This document shows positions 26,605 to 43,415 of a DNA stretch of 64,000 nucleotides, one piece after another (positions within the stretch are counted from its first letter, which is position 1; every line of letters begins with the position of its first letter). Source of the stretch: the human T2T-CHM13v2.0 reference genome, Homo sapiens. The notes under the pieces are model-generated. The model was not told the DNA's origin, searched no databases, and worked only from the letters and a program-made list of their open reading frames with translations. The stretch is taken from assembly GCF_009914755.1 (NCBI RefSeq), contig NC_060934.1, one strand, 5' to 3'. Both the position numbers and the translations under genes were made by a program.

Positions 26605-26949
26605 CAGATAGGCCCCCACTTACAGTGGTTCAACATACGATTTTTTGACTTTGTACATTCAATAGAAATTGTACTTTGAGTGTGCCCATACAACCATTGT
26701 GCGTTTCACTTTCAATACAATATTCAATCAATTACATGAGATCCTCAAGACTTTATTATAAAATAGACTTTATGTTCGATAACTTTGCCCCACTGTAGGC
26801 TGATGTGTTTTGAGCACGTTTAAGGTAGGCTAGGCTAAGCTATGATGCTCAGCAGGTTGGGTGTATTAAACGCATTTTCAACTTAGGCGGTTTTCAGTTT
26901 ACGATGGGTTAATTGGGACGTGACTTCATTGTAAGTCTTGGTGCATCTG
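26605..26949 (-). mobile_element. MER47A-like Tigger MITE
   Basis: CAGAT..ACTTACA / TGTAAGT..CATCTG terminal inverted repeats, TA target sites on both sides, internal TAGGCTAGGCTAAGCTATGATG. Confidence 0.9.
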
Positions 26950-27599
26950 TATAATGATAACCATAAACCAGAGGTGAGGACTGAAAAAGTGCTGGCAAAC
27001 AAGAAGAGAAACAGAGACTCAAACAGCCCAGGAGATGAGACTGGGGCACCTCAAGCCAAGTGGGCAAGGAGGAGCGTGTTCTGGGAAAATCCTGAAGACA
27101 TGGGCTGTGTCGCCAAGTGGGCTTTGCTGTGTTCCTACCAATATGCCGAGGGGGCCAGGGAAGGGCTGGCCTTGCTGAAATGACCAAGGATAGAGAAACC
27201 ATAAGGCAGTTATTATCTCCATTTTACAGGTGAGGAAACAAGGGCAGAGAATCTAACTATGCAGTTTACCCAGATTCAAAGAGATGAATTCTGAGTCCCA
27301 AACCAAGGTCTTTGGCCCCCTCATTAATAAAATTGGAATTATAGCACGTGTTCCACTTAACTCACGGCAGTATTTGAAGGATCCAGGTAAGACCCGGTTG
27401 TGTTATATTTATGTGAATAAGATGAAGGAATGCACACCAGGGGCCAGAGCCCAGCACAGGAACATGGATTCACTGCTGGCTGAGCAGTGCTGATTGATGA
27501 GTGAATGTCATCTAGGAGGCCACCGTGATGTGCTGCTGGCTGCAAGGCTTTGTCCTGACCTGACCCAGAGCATCATTGCACAGACACTTGAGATGGCAA

Positions 27600-28310
27600 G
27601 TGTGTAGGCCACGCAGCGTAGGGAGGGAAGTTTTGCTATCGTGCTCGATTATAGTGTGAGGCTCAAAAAGAGCAAGCCAGGTTGAATGACATGAAACCAA
27701 ATACAATCCAAGAGGGAAGCCTGGAAAGCTCTGTATTTAGGTTTTTAAAAAACCAATTCTACAAGCACAAGATGGGCAGCGTGTAGCTTTACAAATGTTG
27801 GCATGAGAAATCCCTCCCCGATTTTTCATGCAAACGTTTGTGACACGATGGCAAAAAAGTGAATTGCTCTGGCTACAGTGAGCTTCCAGATGGAGGGAGA
27901 GCAACATTGGAGCAGAGTGGTCCTTTCTGGGTGGCGCATTTTCGGAGGAAAGTTAACACCATAGACTGGATTCAGAGGTGCGTAATTGAGGCAACAGAGA
28001 ACCTAGAACTTATGTCGTGTGAGGGGCAGATTGAAACAGCCATAGGTTCATCTGAAGTCAGGACTTGGGGAGGAGGGACATGAAAGTTGTCTTTGTACAG
28101 AGGAGGTAGGAGCAGACATAAGAGCTCTCCAAAGATACCATGAGGACAAGCAGGCTGAATTTTGAGAGGCCGGTGGCCTTTCAATATCAGGAGGACCTTT
28201 CCAACAAGGTCCTATTCCTGAAGGCTGGGCAGCCTTGGACGCTGGGAACATGGAATGGAAGCAGGTAGTTCATCTGCCATGAACAGTGCCATGTAGGTCC
28301 TTGCCCTAGA
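27600..28310 (+). mobile_element. Very old CR1/L3-like LINE remnant
   Basis: Faint CR1 3' motifs (..tctgggtggcgcattttcggagg..ttatgtcgtgtgagggg..ggacatgaaagttgtcttt). Confidence 0.4.
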
Positions 28311-29791
28311 GAAGGGCTGTCCTGAACTGTAGTTTTAAATGAAGACCCTTTAGGTCTGTGGAGGGTAGACCAGTGACCCAAGAGTGGACTCCAGGTACCA
28401 GGCCCTGCCTCTACAAAAGCCACTGTTCATCCTGAGCTCATGTCAATAGTTAATTTGAACAAGGCTTCTCTGGCTTAAAAAATGAAGTTCGGAAACCGCA
28501 GCTAGGGACGGCTAAGAAGCCCAAGCAGCTCCCAAATGTGACTTCCCTCCAGCCTTGCAACCAGCACACAGACACATGGAGGAGTTCCAGAGTCCAAGCC
28601 TGGATGTTGAGAAGAAGGACCAAGAGACAGGCAAAATTCCTGTCTGGAAAATACTTTAGGAAGTGCAGTAGCAAGGTAGAGAGGTATTTACAGTTGACAG
28701 AAGTATTAGTATGTATTTCAGTTGCTTCTTACCAACAATGTGTTTGTTTGGGTATAATTTGGGACAATTTCCTAATTACATGGAATATTTGAAGCCAGGG
28801 GCATATGTTTGACATTGACTTGTCTGTGAAATTGTGCTTGTAGGTGCTGTTTTTCATTTATATTCATTGCTACTGTGCCCTGTCTAACAGAAATAACCCG
28901 GCACTGATGGGGACAGAGTGAAGATCTTGGAACGAGGTGACCCAGTGGTTTAAATTTCATTATGGTGTTGAACATCCAGGCAACACACACAACTCAGTAG
29001 AAATGCAAGCAGATAATGCACCCAGGACCTCACTTCAGTCACACCCAGAGCAGCAGGAAGGACAGAAAGTTCCAGAAAGAGCCATGTGCCTGGCTGAGGC
29101 ATTTTCACTGCAGGAACAATGTGATGTGACTGAGCACAAGGCTGCCTTTGGGCTTTTACACCACAGTTCACCTGGTCACATCCCACTGCAGGTCCATCTT
29201 GGGCACTGACTGATCCATCCATCCACCCACCAAGGGTTTGCCAGACTGGAGATTCCAGAAGCGGCTGAAGCTGTGGTCCTGCCACAGGGTGTCGGGGCTG
29301 GCAGGGCAACAGTCATCACATTAGTGGATGTGAAGTTGGCTCAGCACCCAGGGTGGGAAGGGCCTGGGAGAAGGTCCTCCCAGGGAAAGCAATGTCCACC
29401 CTGGCCTTGGATTCAGGAAGAGCAAGCTCCCAGAGAAACCTGAGGGTCCTGGGCATGGTGGACTAATGAGGGCAGAAGACGTGCTGTGGACAGTAGGGAA
29501 AGGGGCACAGGGGCTAGGTTAGGAGGTGCCTTACTCAGAACATGCCCTGAGCAACAAGGAATGATTTCAGGGGCTTGGGCAGGAGGTGAGTCTGTTGACG
29601 GTAGGGCTTGGGGAAGATTGATCTGAGAGCCATTTATACTCTAGAGAGGTCACTGTGGCAGAGGAAGATGCTGGAAGCTCAACTCAGTCATCCTGGCTTG
29701 TCTGGACTGCAAGGAACCTGCCCATCCATGTAATAAATGCTACCTGGCCAATGGAGTCTGGCCACGGGAGAAAGAATCTCCACATGGGCAG

Positions 29792-30523
29792 TGTTATGGT
29801 TGAAAAGTGTCCTAATGCCAAGTATCTGTGGATATAACCAAATGTGGAAACTAGGTCTCTGCAGATGATCAAATTAAGATGAGGTCATTAGGGGCCACGC
29901 ATCATGGCTCATGCCTGGAATTCCAACACTTTGGGAGGCCAAATCAGGAGGATTCCTTGAGTAGAGGAGTTTGAGACCAGTCTAGACAACATAGCAAAAC
30001 TCCCTTCTCTACAAAAAATACAAAAATTAGCTGGGTATGGTGTCAGACACCTGTTGTCCCAGCTACTTGGGAGGCTAAGGCTAGGGAGAATAACTTGAGC
30101 CCAGGAGGTCGAGGCTGCAGTGAGCCATGATTGCACCACTGCACTGCAGCCTGTGTGAGGAGGGTAAGTCTTTGTCTCAGGAAAAAGAAGAAATGAAGTA
30201 ATTAGGATGGGTCCTCATCCAGTGAGGACTGGTGCCTTTATAAGAAAGGGACATTTGGACACAGAGACAGACATGAGCATAGGCAGAAGCCACATGGGGG
30301 TGGGGGCAGAGATGGACATGACACTTCTGCAAGACAAAGAACACTCAGGATTGCTGGGGACCTCCAGGAGCTAGGAGAGCCATGGAACAGACTCCCTCAC
30401 AGCCTCAGAAGGACACCTGGATCTCAGACTTGCACACCCCAGAGCAATGAGTGAAGAAGTGTCTGTTGTTGAAGCTCCCTAGTGTGGGGTACCATATTAC
30501 AGCAGCCCCAGGGCACTAGTACA
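29792..30523 (+). mobile_element. MaLR solo LTR (MLT1B/C-like) interrupted by an Alu
   Basis: TGTTATGGTTGAA start, ..TTAAGATGAGGTCATTAGG..TTATAAGAAAGGGACATTTGGACACAGAGAC.., ends ACTAGTACA. Confidence 0.85.
29893..30190 (+). mobile_element. Alu SINE (AluJ-like) nested in the MLT1
   Basis: Diverged Alu with GAGCCCAGGAGGTCGAGGCTGCAGTGAGCCATGATTG. Degenerate TSD ATGA(G/A)GT(C/A)ATTAGG. Confidence 0.93.
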
Positions 30524-30994
30524 ACCACGCCCCAATGTTTATCTCCCATCAGGACAGGTATGCCTCTACCTGTCCCAAGAACTGAAATTGACTTCAGTGT
30601 GTACCATATTGATTCTGTGTGGGCTTCTTAGTCCCTGGACAAGAAGACTGACCATGAGAAAGTCCATCTCCATTGGATCTGATGCTCATCCTCATGTTGC
30701 TGACCATCAATGCCTCTTTCCACAAGAGTTATCATCTCAGTGTTTTAGGGCAGGGAGGACCTATATTTCTGACTTATAAATGGGCCAACCAAGGTTCAGA
30801 GATACCCCTTGGATAAGGTCATACAGGCTGGCAGGGGTCAGCCACAGCCATGGGCCTGGAAATGATAAGTCATGGGAATTTCCACATTTTAGAACTCCTA
30901 CCCCAGGATCATTTAGTTTTCAATTCTGCAGCTTGGTTATTAGCAAATACACAAAAGTCCTTCTTAATCGAAAAAAAAAAAAGCTTACATTTTA

Positions 30995-31403
<409 letters not shown>

Positions 31404-32081
31404 TCACAAAGGTTCCCAGTTGGGTGGCAAGAGATTATGTCTGGCCTCAATTGTTTCTTACTCATAATGTTGGGGCTTTGTGGCTTTGCTTCAGCCCTTG
31501 GGGAAGTGATGGCTCTGAAATCTGAAGCTGATCCAGGATAATCCAGAAACACCTCCAGCCCAGGCAGAGCTGCTGCTCTGTGATTGGTGCTATGTGCCTT
31601 GCTGGCTAGGTGAGCACACTGGTGCTTGTGGCTGCATGTATTATTCAAAGAGAGGAGGGCTAATTTGGAAGTTTTGCTTCTGTGAGGCTGGGACGCTACC
31701 TGCAGAACAAGAACATAAATCACACTACACTGGTTTTAAAATCATGGACCTCCCAATACCTAGCACTTGTCATTGGGGCATCTGTAACGGAGGCCTCACC
31801 CCCAGCAAGAGGAGAGAAACTGCATGCAATTTAACTTGGAACTGTGGACACCCCTGTAAGGCAGAGCACAGCATCAGCATTTGTGAGACGAAGTTACTAG
31901 CTGTCAACATTTGTTTCTTGGGCTTTGTAATGCTGAAGTATAAAGTAATACAACCAAAATACCTCCTTCTTGAATAAATGAATGCAGTAGAATAAATGAA
32001 GTCAACTGCTGGAAAACTCATGATATCTAAGCAATCAGATACTACTTCCCCCCCAAAAAAAGCCTCCACCATCTGTTAAAC

Positions 32082-32620
32082 CACTCATCCATCCAACAAT
32101 ATTTTAAAGCACTCACTGTGTAAGAGACGCCGTATTATGTGCTGGAGTTAAGAGATGAACATGGCTTGTGTGGGTCCTACCCTGGAGAAAAATAAGATAA
32201 TCAAATAATGCCAGGCCTAGGAATGGTGCCGGTTGTGTACAAGCGCTACACAAACACAGAGACTGGAAGACTAGCAAACTGGATTTCAAGAAACATTTCT
32301 GGGAAGAAGTAAAATTTGCATCAGACTCTGGAATAGAAGAACAATGTGGGTGTAAGGTAAAAGAAGACGAGGGTGCGCAAAGTGACGGAGGTAGGAAAGG
32401 ATGATGCATTCGGGGAAGAGCTACCAAAAATGCCTGGAACCACAGTGGGGCTTGGGTCTATGGGGGGACCCCTGGAGACTGGAAGACAAAAGATTAAATG
32501 TGGATTATGGCTCTCCTTCTCTGCTAGATTCAGGAGATTGAACTTAATCCCATAGACCCTGGGGGAGCTATTGAAGGTTTTACAGCAGGAGAATTGCATG
32601 AACCCATTTTACCTAAAGAC
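32082..32620 (-). mobile_element. L2 LINE 3' fragment
   Basis: Begins cactcatccatccaacaatatttt (reverse L2 tail) and includes ..ggggagctattgaaggttttacagcaggag... Confidence 0.65.
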
Positions 32621-33557
32621 CAAAGACATCCACATACTTTTGAGACAATTCAACCACAAAAATAAAGGCAGCCTTGCTCATGGAGGTTGCTGTAAATTCC
32701 TAGACCACACATCAGAGGCATTGATTTAAAACTTAAAACTACCTCTCTGTGACCACACCCAGCTGCTGGCCACAGGGTGGTGGCACGTTTTCCTTCAACG
32801 GTTTCCCCCCACCCCGATTTGTGTAACTCTTACAGTCACACTTGTTCTGTGGGCTTTGTCCTATTTCTCAGGCCTTTTACATGGGGACAGCTTTTAAATA
32901 AAATAAAAATTCCTCTTGCTTCTTACAGATTGGATTTGATTAAATATTCCACTGATTAAGGGTAAGCAAATGTCAGCTTCAATATCATAAAAAGAGAAAT
33001 GAGAGTTCATACAGCAGCAAAGCAAACAATCCATTTTCATACTTTATTAGAAACATTTATTGCCATAATGACTACATTATATTAAGCAAGCAGGTGGAAA
33101 GGTGTTCCGTGCATGATATCTTCAAATATCTTTATTTTGAAGATCTTATCCCTCCAGTATTTAGACAGATGTTTTATTCCCTCTACCAGAGTGAGGGCTT
33201 GAGTTGCTGTGATTTTAGCTCCTCCATAAGCACTCGATGATCATGGCCTATTCTTGTGTTTCAAACAGTGGGAGCTCATTCAATGCACTGCACAACATGA
33301 GGTGCTGTGGGTACAAATAGCAGAACTCACTGGGCACTGCTCGGTCTTCTTCCAAAATCTTTGGCTCACATTCTAAGTGTACCTCCAATTTTTTCCAATT
33401 CCTCCATAATTTGATAGTCACATAATTCTGCTCTGGAGTCTAAAGCCAAAAGATAAAGAAAGGACTGATTCTTTCCCTCTACTGTCTATGTCACTTTGAA
33501 AAATCTTGGAAGAGCATCTTAAAGAGGAGATTTTTTTAAGCCCTTCTGTCCTCTGGT

Positions 33558-34045
33558 GTGCATTATCTGTAGCTGTGTAACAGTATTGCCATGAACTTAG
33601 TGGCTTAAGGCAATATACGTTTCCATCTCAGTTTCCAAGGGCATGGCTTTGCTGGGCTCTCTGCAGGGCTGTGATCAAGGTGTCAGCCAGGGTTGGGTTA
33701 TTTTCTGGGGACTCGACTGGGGAAGAGTGGAGCATTTATTTCCCTGTGGCTGAAGGACCGAAGGGCTCAGTTTCCTGCTGGCTGTTGACCGGACACTGCT
33801 TTCAGCTCCCCGCCACATAGCCCTCTCCATAGGACCCTCAGAACATGCCAACTTGCTCCTCCAAAGTCAGCAAAGCAGATATTACAGTCCTACAGAATGT
33901 ATTCACAGGCTTTTCATCACCTGGCTGTGTTCTATTGGGTAGAAGCTTGTCACAGGCCTGCCCACACTCCAGGGGAGGCATCCCACAGACAGGGAAACCC
34001 CACTGGCAGGGAAACCCCTGCTGGCAGGATTGTGAGGCCACATGA
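33558..34045 (-). mobile_element. MaLR solo LTR (MLT1E/F-like)
   Basis: GCTGTGTAACA..AACTTAGTGGCTTAA..ATCAAGGTGTCAGCCAGGG, reverse MLT1. Confidence 0.8.
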
Positions 34046-35099
34046 GGGGCTCTTTGCCGTACCTTCCTTGACTCTCTTAGTGTCCATTAGAACACCTGGT
34101 AGAGCCAATTTTTAACCACAATGTCCTATCACAGAACTGAATTCTTTCCAAATTTTACAAAATGGAAAAAAAAATCCATGTAGTTTAATAAATCATTTCT
34201 TTCTTTAATGCCATAAATTATGATTTTCATTCTAGCATAACTTTCCTGTGCATATTAAAATCCCTAGTCTGCATAATTTACAAGTTTTTAATTTCTGCTT
34301 TTCTTTGGCAAACAAAAGTGAACGTATCAGAGATTCTGATTAGGAGACAAAGTGGAGTATTTGGACTCAGCCAAACAGCAAATATTTATTGAACACTTGC
34401 CAAAACTTCTGCAAAAACACCCTGGAAAACAGAAGAGGGGACTCAAATAAGGCCTCTGCATCGAGAGTTTGAAGAATGCGTTGGAGCAGGAGATGAGTAT
34501 GTGAAGGGGATTGACTGCTCGGCTTCTCTCTCAGTTGACAAGCAAATAATTAGAGACAGTACTTCCTGGCTGTGCAAAAGTCCAGATTGCACATGCAGGA
34601 AGCAAAACCACGGCAGAGAAAAGCAGAGGTGCACACACAAAGCTGGCAGCCAAAGCTTCTGTTTTAGGCAGGAAAGTGGACTAGATACACAGGCGAGCCC
34701 TCTGCTCAAACCAACCAGACTCTATCGAACATAATTGTAAATGCATTGCTGGGTTCCCAGAAAGTAAAGAACATAGCCAGAGCCCCAAAAATGTGAGCTG
34801 AAATCAAAGCAGTGGGAGAAGGAGGCGTATGCGGAGAGGAAATCTATATGTGTGGGCCAAGGGATGGCCAGGGTGCTAATGTCAGCATTGCACTTCTAGG
34901 ACTAAGCTTTGGTTCACTGACAGGATGGAGGAGCTGAAACTAACACTTATAGATTCAGGCTGAGACTCTGGGGCCAGGCTAAAATTTGTCCAAGTCAGTG
35001 GTGGTTCATGGTTCCCAACACAAGCAAAATCTAATGAAAATCTTCTATAGAAAAAAATATACTTAATTAGACCACCAGTATTTTCAATGAGTAATATCT

Positions 35100-38040
<2,941 letters not shown>

Positions 38041-38399
38041 CACAGAAGATTGTGGGCCATCTCTGGGGCAGGAGTATTTGAAATCCCCCTGGCAACAAGA
38101 CTGTCATCAGCTGAGAACAGGTCTCTGGAGGAGAGGCAGCTGTGAGCTCTTAGCTGCCAACCCTTGGTAGCTGGGGAACGAGGGCACAGCTCTGAGAAGG
38201 GCCCAGGGGGTGGCACTGAGGGCATCCACACCATCTCCCATACATGACTGTACAGTGTTAGACTGTCCATCAGAGACCTCTCCCATTTACTATTTTCCAC
38301 AGGTTCTTTAATAAAATATGTACTAATTAATGTGTATCAATGTCAAGAACCACACCTTAAATAGCTTTAAACTAGCCCAATTTGTTTTTTTATTTTTCT

Positions 38400-39015
38400 T
38401 TTTAAAATTATTTTTAATTGTAGTAACATACACATAAAATGTTCCATCTTAACCATTTTTAACTGTGCAGTTCAGTGGCATTAAGCACATCGATATTGTT
38501 GTGCAACCATCACCACCTCCCATCTCCAAGAGTCTTTTCATCTTGCCAAATTGTAACTCTGTCCCCAATGAACACTAACTTTCCCATTCTCCCCGCTACC
38601 CACAGCTGGCAGCCACCATTCTACTTTTATTCTCTATGAAGTTGACTGCCGTAGTACCTCATATAAGTGGGATCATGTAGCATTAGTCCTTTGGTGACTG
38701 CCTCATTTCACACAGCATCATGTACTCAAGGTTCACTTATGTTGTAGCGAATGTCAGAATTTCCTTCCTTTTTCGGGCTGAATAATATTCCATGTTATGT
38801 ATAGACCACATTTTGTGTATTCACTTATCCATCAATCCACCTTTTGGCTATTTTAAATAATACTGCCATGAACATGAGTGTACAAATATCTACTCAAGAC
38901 CCTGCTTTCCATTATCTTAGGTATATTCCCAGACGTGGAATTGCTAGATTGTATAAGTCTATGTTTCATGTTTAAAAAAATCAACATACTATTTTCCATA
39001 GAAGCTGCACAATTT
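38400..39015 (-). mobile_element. L1M (L1MB-like) 3' end
   Basis: CCATCTTAACCATTTTTAA..CAGTTCAGTGGCATTAAG..GTGCAACCATCACCAC..GCTGAATAATATTCCAT, a reverse L1M 3' UTR. Confidence 0.9.
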
Positions 39016-39724
39016 TGGTTTTTTTCTTTTAATATAAAGTTGACACTTTTCTTAAAATTCCGTCATCATCATTACCACCACAGGAAAAAAAACAATTCAC
39101 ATTATTTCAGGTTACGTTTTTCTTAACTTCATCCTTACCCACTCCAGTCAGCTGTACGTAAAATGTCCATCATTTTCGGGATGTCAAAACTTGTTAAAAC
39201 TTCCATTTTCTTTAGATATACTTCATTGTTACTCATCTTCAAATGGGCTGTACAGAAAAGGAATTGAACATTATTTATATTAAAAACATAATGCAATTAG
39301 ACAGACATTTCCCATTGCTTGCTTCTTCTCTCTAAAAGAATAGTCAGATATAAAACGCTTTGCAAAGAATCAGAGATTATCAAGTAAAAATGGTCCTAAG
39401 ATTACTAAATTCAGTGAATCCTAGGTGTGTGTTTAGTATCATTGCTGCACAAAAATCATAGGCAACTATGTGTGATCTAGATAAAATTACAGAAAAGAAA
39501 GGGACAGAATATATGGGGAGGGATCTTGCCAAGTTATATTTGTGGAAGAATTAAGAATTAGAAAGTATAAACTCATTTTAATTGCATTTATAGAATTCTG
39601 CTTTCCTTGGAGATGACAGTTTCAAAGAACTAATGTGGGCTCTGTCCTGAGCACCAGTGAACCTAAGCATAGCCAATGGTGGCGGGTGAGGATGGCTACA
39701 GAAAAAGTGGCTGATTCATTAATT

Positions 39725-39900
39725 GCCTGAGCATTTGTATTCTCATGTAGCAGGCACTATGGTAGGTTCACACTCATTTTCTCTAATCCTCATAACAGCC
39801 TTGCAAATGAGGTTTTTGTTACCCCCATTTTACAAATAAGAAAATTAAGGTTCTGAGAGGCTGCAGAGAAAGTTATGTTAAGTTCAAGGCAGAGTTACAA
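39725..39900 (-). mobile_element. MIR SINE
   Basis: TAATCCTCATAACAGCC..CCCCATTTTACAAATAAGAAAATTAAGGTTCTGAGAGG MIR core. Confidence 0.8.
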
Positions 39901-39917
39901 AGCAGCCTTGTATGCTC

Positions 39918-40268
39918 AGCCTGGCTCTTCCCCTTCCCCAGTCCCTTCCCCAGTGATTGCTCCAGAGCCTGGCTCTTTCTGAAGTCCCTTCCCCAGTGAT
40001 TGCTCCAGAGCCTGGCTCTTTCTGGAGTCCCTTCCCCAGTGATTGCTCCAGAGCCTGGCTCTTTCTGGAGTCCCTTCCCCAGTGATTGCTCCAGAGCCTG
40101 GCTCTTTCTGGAGTCCCTTCCCCAGTGATTGCTCCAGAGCCTGGCTCTTTCTGGAGTCCCTTCCCCAGTGATTGCTCCAGAGCCTGGCTCTTTCTGGAGT
40201 CCCCTCTCCAGTGATTGCTCCAGAGCCTGGCTCCTTCTGGAGTCCCTCCTCCAGTGACTGCTCCAGAG
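39918..40268. repeat. 43-bp minisatellite (VNTR-like), about 8 copies
   Basis: Unit CCTGGCTCTTTCTGGAGTCCCTTCCCCAGTGATTGCTCCAGAG starting at 39968, 40011, 40054, 40097, 40140, 40183 and 40226, plus a variant first copy. Confidence 0.98.
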
Positions 40269-41064
40269 AGGGTCTAGAGAGAGCAATTGTTCAGGGCCCC
40301 TGCAGATGAAGTTGCCTTTATTTTGTTCTCATATCGGATGCCAGTTTGGCTGGTTGTACAGTTCAAGGGTCAAAATCTTTCTCCTTCAGAACTTTGGGAA
40401 TATCGCTCCAGCGTTTCCTCAGTGTGGCTGCTGAGTATAGACCCACGTCCTTGTGATTCTTGGTTCTTCCTAAGTACCTGTGCTTTTTATCCCTTTCTCT
40501 GAAAGCCTTTAGTAATTTCCCTTTATTCTCAGTGCTCAGAAATTCAGAAGTAACCAGGCTAGATGCACATGCTTTTTTCACCTACCCTGCTCAGCAGTTA
40601 GCAGTCTTTCCATATGAAGACTCGGGTACTTCTTCAACGCTGGGAAATATTCTCCCATTATTTCTTTTTTCCATGACTTCCCTCAATTCCCTTTGTTCTC
40701 TTTTGTGTTTTGGGGGCATGGAGCCCAGTGTCTCTCCTGGGTCCCTGCACCTCCCTGGCCCCGAGACCCCCCTCTGACTCCCTCTGGGGCAAACACTGAT
40801 GCTGCCCAATGCTCAGGGCTGGGTGAGGAGGGGGTTGTCAGGTGGCACAGCTCCTGCAAAGCTGTCAGCATGGTGACCCTGAGGGACACCAATGAGCCCT
40901 CAGTTTCCACTGTCCCCTTTCTCAGGGGTTCTCCTTCATGCCCTTCCCTTATGTACATTCTTATCCTTTTCTGTCTCTCAGAGATTCTTCCGAATGTCTG
41001 ATCCACTATCCTTCTTGTTCTATTTCCAGTTTCTGGGCATTGATTTTTTAAAAAAATATTTCAT

Positions 41065-41231
41065 AGCTGGGAGTGGTGGCACACCTGTACTCACAGCTAC
41101 TCAGGTGGCTGAGGCAGGAGGATCACTTGATCCCAGGAGTTCAAGGCTGGAGTGAGCCATGATGGCACCACTGCATTCTAGTCTGGGTGACAGAGTGAGA
41201 CCCTGACTCTAAAAAATAAAAAATAAAAAAA
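41065..41231 (+). mobile_element. Alu monomer (FRAM or truncated AluJ right arm)
   Basis: Single right arm with A tail. Confidence 0.9.
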
Positions 41232-42964
41232 TATGTTATTTCATGGCATTTGTGGCTGTCTCCATATTCGAGTTGTAGAAGTATCTGCTCAGCCCATCCT
41301 GTGTCTCTGAGTCAGTCTGTGCTTTGGCTCTTGATGTAATGCATGGAGTCAAGTACCAGGTTTTCGTGAGTTACAACTGAGATCAGTTCTTTTTCTATGG
41401 CACTGCTGAAAGCCGAAGCTTACCCAGAAAACCCAGAGCATTCCTATTACAATCACTTAGCGTCACTTAGTTCAGGTTTTTATGTTATGCTAATCAGCAG
41501 CAAGTATTTCACCGATGGTTCAGAATCATAGACTAGGACTGCTCCTCTTTCCTGCTCATTTGACTGCAAATCTCAACAGCACAGGGACTGCCTGACCATC
41601 CTCGAACCATTTTGAACAGCTGGAATGGTGCAAAATGAAGCTACAACAATCAGGATTGAGTTTTTATTTTTAGCACATTTTTATTTTGTGTTCCTGCAAT
41701 AGTTCATACAATTTATGCAGAGTCAAAGATATGGTTTCAAAGGTCAGTGGATGCCTTACCGTGTTTCTGTAGTAGCATTTGGGTCTGTGTTCGTATATTT
41801 CATAAGTTGGATCCCATAAAGAAGTTTTACCATTACTTAATGTTTTATTTACTGTTTAACCAGTTTGTCAAAAATTAAGAAATAAATAATGCCCATACGA
41901 GATAGATTAGAAAGGTCAAAATATAAGGGTAAGGTACAAAAATGTTTGCTACCAGCTCTCTGTGGGGTCCTAAGGATGTTTCATGCCATCCAGCAGGATA
42001 GAGAAGCCCCTGCTCGGAAAGGCTGAGGGAAAAGGAGATGCTCACCAGAAATGCGTGCGGCTCAGTTTTAGTGGCTTTTCCAGACCTCTGCGGTTGAACA
42101 AAACCTCATGAGAAGATACATTTAGCAAATGGTGGGGAAACCTGGAAATCGGGACCTGGATTATTAAAGGGCGAGAAGGATTTGTAATTTAACGGGAGAT
42201 TTTGTGGCACTCCAAAATGTTTATTTTGGGGGATGTCAGAGCCATGAGGAGTTCCTTCGAGTTAGGATGTTTTGCTCAGCATGGTCACCTTGTTGGCTCA
42301 TGAACTGGAAAAGGCCAGAGCTTTGCTGAAAACTACCCGAAGGGCTGCTCGGGGTGCACCCTTCAGCACTCAGCACTGTTCTCTTTGTACGGCTCTGCAT
42401 CCGAGGAGCAGGATATATTTACGATTGGGTTTTAAGCAATTTCCCTACTCCAGGGTCGTGACCGGGTTGCTCTCAAAGCTCTTCTCCTTCCCATTTCACA
42501 ACTCTCTGCCGCTCCCTCAGACCACTAAGGAATGATGTGTAAATTTCACACAGCTCCCAAGTTTGGGTTGGAAGAGCATCTAAAAATTCAGTTGCTTACC
42601 CAGAATTTATCCAAATATCTTTAGTTAGACAACCTCACGTGGTTGGCCTTTCTCTTGAGACCTTCCTGGGCTTTAGCCCAGCCAGAAATACTATACAGGC
42701 AGCCAATCAGTAAGTACAAAGGCACACATTTTTTTTTTAAACACCAAGACTTTAAAACCTACTCTTTTGAACCTCAGAAATGATTTGGATTGGCTCGTGC
42801 CTTCCACAGAGGTCAGAGTTAGAGCTCCATCTTCCCAATGTGCCACATGGTTATTGCTAGAGTCAGAGAAAGATCACGAACTCAGAGGCTGGGTAAGAAC
42901 AGAGCAGGAGGCCCCTGGGAAGGAAAGACAACACGTTCTCAAGTGGAGCACATTCTATGCTAGC

Positions 42965-43415
42965 TGATTCGTTTTCTATTGCACTGTAAGAAATCACCAC
43001 AAACTTAATCACTTACATCAACGCAAAGTTATTCTCTTACAGTTCTTAGGTTAGAAGTGTGTGATCGAGGGGCCTACGGGGCTGCCTTTCCTTGGAGAAC
43101 TCCATGGAAAATCCACGTCCTTGCCTCTTCCATCTTGAGGTACAAGCCTTCCTTTGCTGGTGGCCTGTCCCTGCATCACTCCTATTTTTTGCTTCCTTTT
43201 CATCTTTCCTACCCCTAACTCAAATCCTCCTGCCTCCCTCTTCTAAGGATCCCTCGTGATTCCACTGTGCACACCCAGAAAATCCAGGATCATCTCTCCA
43301 TCTCTAGAGCCTTTGCATTATGCATGCAGAGTCCTTTTTACCCTGTAATGTGACATATGCACAGGTTCCAGGGATTAGAATGTGGGTATTTGTGAGGCAG
43401 CTAGCCGCCAGCCTG
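42965..43415 (-). mobile_element. MaLR solo LTR (MLT1 family)
   Basis: TCACCACAAACTTA..TTCTCTTACAGTTCT..AATCCAGGATCATCTCTCCATCT..CACAGGTTCCAGGGATTAG. Confidence 0.8.

Noticed and set aside
39918-40268. Palindromic 43-bp repeats as a CRISPR-like array, and the repetitive ORF 39873-40286
   Set aside because: The units are head-to-tail with no unique spacers, there are no cas genes, and this is primate DNA. The ORF is a by-product of a stop-poor repeat.
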